Source: a virus (taxonomy: Duplodnaviria > Caudoviricetes). From it: DNA of 64,000 nucleotides. Shown here in pieces: positions 57,481 through 64,000 of the stretch; position 1 is the stretch's first letter; each line of letters begins with the position of its first letter. The DNA is taken from the IMG/VR virus record IMGVR_UViG_3300029288_004207, positions 1 to 64,000 of that record. The stretch is one strand, 5' to 3'. The notes under the pieces are model-generated. The model did no database searches. It was not told where the DNA came from and saw only the letters and a program-made list of their open reading frames with translations. The position numbers were made by a program, and so were the translations under genes.

Positions 57481-58238
57481 AGAAACAAATAAAAGAATTT
57501 TGGGATAAAGTACCTTGTGGTACTGGTGGTATTCCTTATCCTGAAGGAACAAAGGAATATTATGAAGCGATTGCACAGAATCGTTTTAAGAAAGAGTTTT
57601 ATATCGCAGATTTTGTAGACTTTGAAAGATGGCGTGGTAAAAAAGTTTTAGAAATAGGTTGTGGGGCTGGAAGTGACCTTATAAAATTTGCGCAACATGG
57701 AGCAGATATTACGGGAATAGATTTATCATCTAAATCAATAGAACTTGCAAGTAAAAGATTAGAAGTTTATGGATTAAGTGGCAAAGCTATAGAGGCAGAT
57801 GCAGAAACTTTACAATTTGAAGATAATACTTTTGACGCAATTTATTCTTGCGGAGTACTTCATCATACTCCAGATATTATAAAAGCAATCAGTGAGGTAA
57901 GGCGTGTTCTTAAACCAGATGGTGAAATACGCATTATGCTTTATCATAGACCATCAATTGTATGTTTACAGATGTGGATATTATTTGGTCTATTAAAGGG
58001 TAATCCGTTTAAGAGCATAGATGATATATTTTATAATAACCATGAAAGTGTTGGTACGAAAGTATTAACCGTAAGAGAAACGCATGAACTATTCAAAGAT
58101 TTTAAAGACTTGGATATTAAAACGATTGTGACCATGCACGATATAAGATACGCACGTAATAGATATCTTCCAGCGTGGTTCATGAAACTTGTTCCGCATA
58201 GTTTGGGTTGGAATTTACTTATTAAGGGAAAGAAATGA
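57453..58238 (+). CDS. Class I SAM methyltransferase
   Basis: VLEIGCGAG, GVLHH, LKPDG. Confidence 0.9.
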   Translation: MDINMSQELKKQIKEFWDKVPCGTGGIPYPEGTKEYYEAIAQNRFKKEFYIADFVDFERWRGKKVLEIGCGAGSDLIKFAQHGADITGIDLSSKSIELASKRLEVYGLSGKAIEADAETLQFEDNTFDAIYSCGVLHHTPDIIKAISEVRRVLKPDGEIRIMLYHRPSIVCLQMWILFGLLKGNPFKSIDDIFYNNHESVGTKVLTVRETHELFKDFKDLDIKTIVTMHDIRYARNRYLPAWFMKLVPHSLGWNLLIKGKK

Positions 58239-58603
58239 ACATAAAAGATAAATTATTTAAACAAACGAGCATAGGACAATGGTGGGGTAAATTTGGGCTT
58301 GCTGGTTCACAGATTGCCATATTTGTTTCTGGATATACTTTTATCATGGTATCGGTTGATGCTTATACTCCTATATCAGCGTTCTTTGAAAAAAGTGGGT
58401 ATATACTTTCATTTTGGTTATATATAGGGGTTGTATTAATACCTATTATAGTAGCTTACTTTTTAGCATGGAAATTATTAGTACGAAGTTTCTTTAAACA
58501 GTGGGCTAATCAATTCTGGAAAGAAAGTGATGATGGTCTTAACAAGGTAATAAAACAAAATGCGGAAATTATAAAACGATTAGATAATTTGGAGAAGAAA
58601 TGA
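58235..58603 (+). CDS. Two-TM membrane protein
   Basis: Hydrophobic ORF. Confidence 0.7.
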   Translation: MNIKDKLFKQTSIGQWWGKFGLAGSQIAIFVSGYTFIMVSVDAYTPISAFFEKSGYILSFWLYIGVVLIPIIVAYFLAWKLLVRSFFKQWANQFWKESDDGLNKVIKQNAEIIKRLDNLEKK

Positions 58604-59769
58604 ATCTGCTATTCATTCACGAAGTAGATTATTTAGGTAAGGTAGTTTATGACTATCAACTACTTGTGGAAGCGATGTCTATGCGTGGTCATAAAGTATA
58701 TGCGATAGATTATCCTAATATGAATTGCCATAATAAAAAACTGCCAAAAGAAGAAATTGTTAGTCGTGCCATCAAAGGTTCTGAAGTTCATTTAATCCAT
58801 CCTTGGTTTATGAAAATTAAGGGTATAAATCGTATTACAGCGTTTGCTACACATTATTTAACTATTGAAAAAATTATAAAAGAGAAGAAAATAGATGCAA
58901 TCGTATTATATTCAGTTCCTACCAATGGATTACAGGCATTATGGTTAGCATCAAAGTATGATATCCCTATTGTATTCAGGTCTTTAGATATTATTCATAA
59001 ATTTGTTCCACGAATGTTATCAGGCATAACGAAAGATTTAGAAAGTACCATATATAAATATGTTGATAAAGTTCTTACGTTAACACCCAAACTTTCGGAT
59101 TATGTTGTATCTTTAGGGGCTGATAAGGATAATATGGAAGTATTACCAATGACTGTTGATACACAATTATTTAATCTTGATGTTGATGGAAGTTGGGTAA
59201 GGAAAATGTTGGGTTATTCGGACAAAGATAAAATTATATTATTTATAGGAACGTTATATAAATTCAGTGGCTTAGAACGGTATTTATCAGCGTTTGATAT
59301 GGTATTAGGTAATGTTCATAATGCTCAATTATTAATTGTTGGTGATGGAGAGCAAAAGCGAGAACTTGAAAGTTATATAAAGGCATTACATTTACATGAT
59401 TATGTCAGAATGGTAGGATTTCAGCCTTATATTAATATGCCAGCGTATATTAATGCTTCGGATATCTGTATTTTACCGTTTGAAGAAAATGAAATAACCA
59501 AAGATATATTCCCTGGTAAAATCGCCCAATATCTTGCTTGCGGTAAGCCAGTGATAATGACACCACTTAAAGGTGTAAAATCTATGATAGATGGTGAAAG
59601 TCAAGGTGTTGTGTATTCAAAATATTTTGGTAGTGATACTACAAAGTTATTACTTGATAACGATAGAATAAAACAGTTAGGTAAAAATGGATTAGAATAT
59701 GTAAAAGAGTATTGTGATAGCGATAAAATAGCAGGGCAACTGGAAAATATTTTAGATAGGATAAAATAA
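58600..59769 (+). CDS. GT4 glycosyltransferase
   Basis: LLIVGDGEQ, QYLACGKPVI. Confidence 0.9.
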   Translation: MNLLFIHEVDYLGKVVYDYQLLVEAMSMRGHKVYAIDYPNMNCHNKKLPKEEIVSRAIKGSEVHLIHPWFMKIKGINRITAFATHYLTIEKIIKEKKIDAIVLYSVPTNGLQALWLASKYDIPIVFRSLDIIHKFVPRMLSGITKDLESTIYKYVDKVLTLTPKLSDYVVSLGADKDNMEVLPMTVDTQLFNLDVDGSWVRKMLGYSDKDKIILFIGTLYKFSGLERYLSAFDMVLGNVHNAQLLIVGDGEQKRELESYIKALHLHDYVRMVGFQPYINMPAYINASDICILPFEENEITKDIFPGKIAQYLACGKPVIMTPLKGVKSMIDGESQGVVYSKYFGSDTTKLLLDNDRIKQLGKNGLEYVKEYCDSDKIAGQLENILDRIK

Positions 59770-60812
59770 TGACAAAAATTTGTTTGGTAAGCGGAACACG
59801 TCCAGAGGTTATAAAAATGTCCCCGATAATTAAAGAGTGCGAAGCGCAAAAGTTGGATTATTTTCTTCTACATACCGGACAACATTATTCACATAAAATG
59901 AGCGGTATTTTTTGGGAACAACTAGAATTGTCAAGTCCTGATTACAACTTAAATATAGGTAATGAATCTAATAATCAGAAACTTATTAAAATGATGCAAG
60001 GTATAGAATCAGTATTTGAAAAAGAGAAACCTGATGTAGTATTAGTAGAAGGTGATACAACTACTGTATTAGCTACATCATTAGCTTCTTATAATAAACA
60101 TATTGCTTTAGGACACGTAGAAGCAGGTTTAAGATGTCATGATAACGCAATGCCAGAAGAAATCAATCGTATCATTGCTGACCATTGTGCTACATTATTA
60201 TTTGCACCAACAAAATATGCCGAATTAAATTTAAAGAAAGATGAGTCATTCAAAAATATTTACCAAGTAGGAAATACGATAGCCGATGTTGTAAAACAAT
60301 ATATGCCACAAAAAACTAACTCCGTTCATTATTTACTGGCTACAATTCATAGGCAGGAAAACGTTGACAACGCACAAAGATTTGGAGAGATATTAAAAGG
60401 GTTAGATACGATTAGAAAAAACTTGAATATATCTATTTTATACCCTATACATCCACGTTCTAAAAAAATGATGGCACAATTCGGTTTACAGACTAATGTT
60501 AAGATTATAGAACCTGTTGATTATCTAAAAATGCTTGAACTTGAATATAATGCTGATTTAATATTAACAGATAGCGGTGGAGTTCAAGAAGAAGCCTGTA
60601 TATTAAATGTTCCCTGTGTAACTATGAGGGATAATACAGAACGGCAAGAAACTGTAGAAATTGGTGCAAACATTATTTCAGGTGCAGATTCGGAATATAT
60701 CTATGAATGTGCTAAAGTAATGTTAAACAAAAAGAAAGATTGGCAACATCCTTATGGGGATGGTAATACAGCAAAAAGAATAATTGATATTGTTAAGGAG
60801 AAATATGTCTAA
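59769..60812 (+). CDS. wecB: UDP-N-acetylglucosamine 2-epimerase (non-hydrolysing)
   Basis: GTRPEVIK, HTGQH, GDTTT, HVEAGLR, PEEINR, TDSGGVQEEA, YGDG. Confidence 0.95.
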   Translation: MTKICLVSGTRPEVIKMSPIIKECEAQKLDYFLLHTGQHYSHKMSGIFWEQLELSSPDYNLNIGNESNNQKLIKMMQGIESVFEKEKPDVVLVEGDTTTVLATSLASYNKHIALGHVEAGLRCHDNAMPEEINRIIADHCATLLFAPTKYAELNLKKDESFKNIYQVGNTIADVVKQYMPQKTNSVHYLLATIHRQENVDNAQRFGEILKGLDTIRKNLNISILYPIHPRSKKMMAQFGLQTNVKIIEPVDYLKMLELEYNADLILTDSGGVQEEACILNVPCVTMRDNTERQETVEIGANIISGADSEYIYECAKVMLNKKKDWQHPYGDGNTAKRIIDIVKEKYV

Positions 60813-61728
60813 AATATTAATCACTGGCTCATTAGGATTCGTGGGTAGTAATCTCACTCCAGAATTAAAAAAGCGTGGACATGAAGTATTAAGGACTGAT
60901 TTAATGCACCATGAGGGGAAAGATTATATTCGTATGGATATAAATCAACCAGACCAAATAGAAAGAGTAATGTCGCAGTTTAAACCGGACTTCGTTTATA
61001 ATCTTGCCGCCGAGTATGGTCGCTGGAATTGTGAAGATTATGATAATAATGCGATTATCACCAACTTACTTGGCACTCGTAATATGTTAAAAGCCCAAAT
61101 GAAATATGGTTTTAAAATGATACATTTTTCAAGTGCAGAAGTTTATGGTGATTATCCTGATACAATGTATGAAGAAGTTATGGATAATTTACCTATTAGA
61201 CAATTGAATGAATATGCCATTGATAAATGGCATAACGAACTGCAAATATTATCGTTTGCAGAAATGCACGGTAATCAATGCGTAAGAGTTAGACCTGGTT
61301 GTATGTATGGTATTTACGAATATTATCATCCATATAGAGGAGTAATTCCTAAGTTTATTTACCATGCTTTAAAGAATGAGCCTTATACTGTTTACTTAGG
61401 GCATACTAGAATACATGATTATATTGAGGATAGTTGCCGAACATACGCTAACATTGTAGATAATTTCAAAGCTGGAGAAGTATATAATGTTGGTGGTAAA
61501 CCAGAATGGAATCATACAATTAAAGAACTTTCCGATTTCATACTTAAAACGGTAGGGTGTGATGATAGTAAGGTAATGTATAAAGAGTCAGAACCTTACA
61601 CAACTGTCCATAAAACATTAGATTCAAGCAAAGCCATAAGAGATTTAGGGCATAATCCGTTAACTCCGATGGATATAGGTATTCCTAAAACCGTTAAATG
61701 GATGGAATCTATTTATGGGAGAAAATAA
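60784..61728 (+). CDS. NAD-dependent epimerase/dehydratase (extended SDR)
   Basis: TGSLGFVG, SSAEVYG, YAIDK. Confidence 0.9.
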   Translation: MILLRRNMSKILITGSLGFVGSNLTPELKKRGHEVLRTDLMHHEGKDYIRMDINQPDQIERVMSQFKPDFVYNLAAEYGRWNCEDYDNNAIITNLLGTRNMLKAQMKYGFKMIHFSSAEVYGDYPDTMYEEVMDNLPIRQLNEYAIDKWHNELQILSFAEMHGNQCVRVRPGCMYGIYEYYHPYRGVIPKFIYHALKNEPYTVYLGHTRIHDYIEDSCRTYANIVDNFKAGEVYNVGGKPEWNHTIKELSDFILKTVGCDDSKVMYKESEPYTTVHKTLDSSKAIRDLGHNPLTPMDIGIPKTVKWMESIYGRK

Positions 61729-62014
61729 AATGAGATTAAGAATAAGGGATAAAGAACTACTATTCCTTAGTATATTCGGTTTCTTTGTTATATTTATAGT
61801 AACAGCTTTTACTTTATCATTTAAACCATCTCCAATAGATTTGCAAGGTAATGTTTATAACTATGGGGTATTTTTACTTAATCATCCTTGGGTAAGATAT
61901 CTTATGATAGCATTTCAAAGTTTAATTTATATTGCTTTGGGAATGTGTGTAAAATATAGCTTTGTAAAAGAAAATAAGGAACGGAGTAAAAGTGATGGAG
62001 ACAAAAGCATTTAA
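61715..62014 (+). CDS. Two-TM membrane protein
   Basis: Hydrophobic ORF. Confidence 0.6.
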   Translation: MGENKMRLRIRDKELLFLSIFGFFVIFIVTAFTLSFKPSPIDLQGNVYNYGVFLLNHPWVRYLMIAFQSLIYIALGMCVKYSFVKENKERSKSDGDKSI

Positions 62015-63338
62015 TTATAGACAAGCGTTAAAAAATGGTGAAATTAAGATAGGTATATGGGGTTGTGGCTATATTGGATTCACTACGATGATAAACTTTG
62101 CAAAAGAGGGAGTTTATTCTATCGGATATGATACTAATCAAAATGTGATAGATAGTATTAAAGACGGTAAACTACATATCGTTAATCTTGATTATTGGAT
62201 AGGGTATCATATTGAGAAACTTGTTAAGGATATGATAGTAGCTACATCAAACTGGAAAGAAATGTTGGATGATTTTACAAAAATACATTTTATCGCTGTT
62301 CCAACAGAGAAAGGTGGAGAACCTTGGTTTGAACCTTTACAAAATGTAATGGATAGGATGGCGAGTAAAAACAAATCTGATATTCCAGATATTATTATAA
62401 TTGAAAGCACTTTAACACCTGGGATGTTTGATAAAATAGTATTAGGAACATTGTCCAATAATGGATGGGATATTGGTAAAGATATATTAGTAGGTATTGC
62501 GCCACGCAGAGATTGGTTTGATTCTCCAGATAAGAACCTTAAATCATTAAATCGTGTAATTGGTGGAACAACTTTAGAAACTACTGATTTAATGAGAGAT
62601 GTTTTAAGTATCGTATGTGACAAACTAATATTATCGGATGCTTCTACAACTGAATTAGTTAAATCAGTAGAAAACACGATATTTGAGATATGTGCGGTAT
62701 TCGCTTCGCAACTTGCCTATGCTTACCCCGATAGAAATATAAAAGAAGTATTAAGGCTTGCTTCTACGCATTGGCGTATACCATTATATTATCCAACTGT
62801 GGGGCGTGGTGGTTATTGTACCCCAGTTGCCCCGAAATATGTTAAAGATGGTGCGGAAAAACCAGACTTTTTAACATTAGTAGAAGATACGCTTATTTTT
62901 GATGAATACCAACCTAAATATATAGCTAAACAAATGGCAGAAAAAGTAAATGGTGGCAGTATAGGAATATTGGGATTGAGTTATAAACGGGACTTACGTG
63001 TTCATACACTATCACCATCATTACCTATTATAAAGGAACTCGTAAGTAATAATATAGACGTTAAAGTATTTGACCCGTATTATACGGCACTTGATATCTA
63101 TCAGATTACTGGGGTTAAATCATTCAATTATCCTGAAGAACTTAATCAATTTGATGGTATTATTATTATTCCCCCACATAGGATATTCAGCCAAACACCA
63201 AAACGTATACTATTAGAAAACTTGAAACAAGGTGTTAAGATATTGGATAATGAAGGTATTTGGAGTGAACATAAAAGCTCATTCTTGGAAAAAGGTATTG
63301 ATTATCACTATGTAGGTGATAAAGGATGGTGTCTGTAA
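61992..63338 (+). CDS. UDP-sugar dehydrogenase (WecC/UDP-GlcNAc dehydrogenase family)
   Basis: GCGYIG, IESTLTPG, ELVKSVEN, GGYCTP, LGLSYK. Confidence 0.9.
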   Translation: MMETKAFNYRQALKNGEIKIGIWGCGYIGFTTMINFAKEGVYSIGYDTNQNVIDSIKDGKLHIVNLDYWIGYHIEKLVKDMIVATSNWKEMLDDFTKIHFIAVPTEKGGEPWFEPLQNVMDRMASKNKSDIPDIIIIESTLTPGMFDKIVLGTLSNNGWDIGKDILVGIAPRRDWFDSPDKNLKSLNRVIGGTTLETTDLMRDVLSIVCDKLILSDASTTELVKSVENTIFEICAVFASQLAYAYPDRNIKEVLRLASTHWRIPLYYPTVGRGGYCTPVAPKYVKDGAEKPDFLTLVEDTLIFDEYQPKYIAKQMAEKVNGGSIGILGLSYKRDLRVHTLSPSLPIIKELVSNNIDVKVFDPYYTALDIYQITGVKSFNYPEELNQFDGIIIIPPHRIFSQTPKRILLENLKQGVKILDNEGIWSEHKSSFLEKGIDYHYVGDKGWCL

Positions 63339-63376
63339 TATGATACCTAAGAAAATTATAGGAAAAATATTTAAAT

Positions 63377-63610
63377 ATGTTTAAATTACGGCGTAAAAAT
63401 AAAAAAGGGCAAATAGGGTTAACAAAAGAGGAAATGCGAGATGCTGTTTATGATGGTATCCGATTAGCATCTGATACACAAAGTGAACTTGAAAAAGAAC
63501 AAGAAGAAAAAAGAAAAAGGCTAGAATATTTCAATTCATTGTCTCCACGTTTGAAGAAGCGGTTAATAAGATTCTGGAAGGAGAAAGAAGGTCGAGATGG
63601 CAAAAAGTAA
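63377..63610 (+). CDS. Hypothetical protein
   Basis: ORF. Confidence 0.65.
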   Translation: MFKLRRKNKKGQIGLTKEEMRDAVYDGIRLASDTQSELEKEQEEKRKRLEYFNSLSPRLKKRLIRFWKEKEGRDGKK

Positions 63611-63727
63611 ATATCAATTAAAAATCAAGGGTATGAAAGGCAAATTCAAGAATTTTAATAATAGCAAGACTAATCCAACGTGGCTAAGAACTCGCAGAAG
63701 TAAAAAGCGTGATATGTTGAGGGAACT

Positions 63728-64000
63728 ATGGGTGTAGCCCAAGTATTATTTGAGGTAGAGGTTATTGTAGAAACTGGTAATAAAGAATACAAGCCTCTAA
63801 ATTGGTATGGTAAAGCGGAATGGACTAGAACTAAAATCCGTAAGATGTATCATATTCCAGCACGTAATCAGAACCACGCATGGAAAAAAGCTCAAAAATA
63901 TGGAACTCCTAAATCTTGTCATAAAATAGATGCTGTATCAGCATTATCTAATATAGAAAATATAAAACTAGACCAAGAGCCAATAATTAGTAAACTTAAT
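63728..64000 (+). CDS. Hypothetical protein, 3' end beyond the window
   Basis: Own reading MGVAQVLFEVEVIVETG..., open to the window edge. Confidence 0.55.
   Translation, partial: MGVAQVLFEVEVIVETGNKEYKPLNWYGKAEWTRTKIRKMYHIPARNQNHAWKKAQKYGTPKSCHKIDAVSALSNIENIKLDQEPIISKLN

Noticed and set aside
1-64000. tRNA, rRNA, CRISPR-cas, terminase, portal, HK97 capsid, integrase
   Set aside because: None recognised by eye; absence is provisional until tRNAscan, Infernal and HMM searches are run

Overview
AT-rich 64-kb segment that reads as part of a tailless virus or virus-like element with a bacterial host. Canonical TTGACA-N17-TATAAT promoters and GGAGG ribosome-binding sites occur throughout; no terminase, portal, HK97 capsid or tail genes are seen in the window. 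Layout: (1) 1-10.4 kb, leftward small-gene region (ArdC, LRR-like repeat paralogs, Zn-finger ORFs) split by an ISL3 element carrying four passenger genes. Six of these genes are each bracketed by a 25-31 bp inverted-repeat pair, and five of the six stems share a mismatch motif. (2) 10.4-11.1 kb, non-coding control region or possible origin. (3) 11.1-20 kb, PadR, VWA, TelA-like and membrane genes plus an IS1595 transposase. (4) 20.2-25.7 kb, a 67-aa two-helix hydrophobic protein (candidate major capsid or pilin-like subunit) missed by the ORF track because two ORF-less group I introns split its gene, followed by a free-standing NUMOD3 endonuclease, TnpB and an array of tiny basic ORFs. (5) 25.7-44 kb, a 3275-aa repeat, NUDIX, HAD and intein protein, membrane-anchored virion-type proteins and a P-loop ATPase. 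(6) 44-63.3 kb, a glycosylation island (GT2, GT4, GT-C-like, GtrA, DgkA-like, methyltransferases, WecB- and WecC-like). Strongest leads: the doubly intron-split capsid-like gene and the stem-bracketed gene cassette array. All family calls come from motif recognition; no database search was run.
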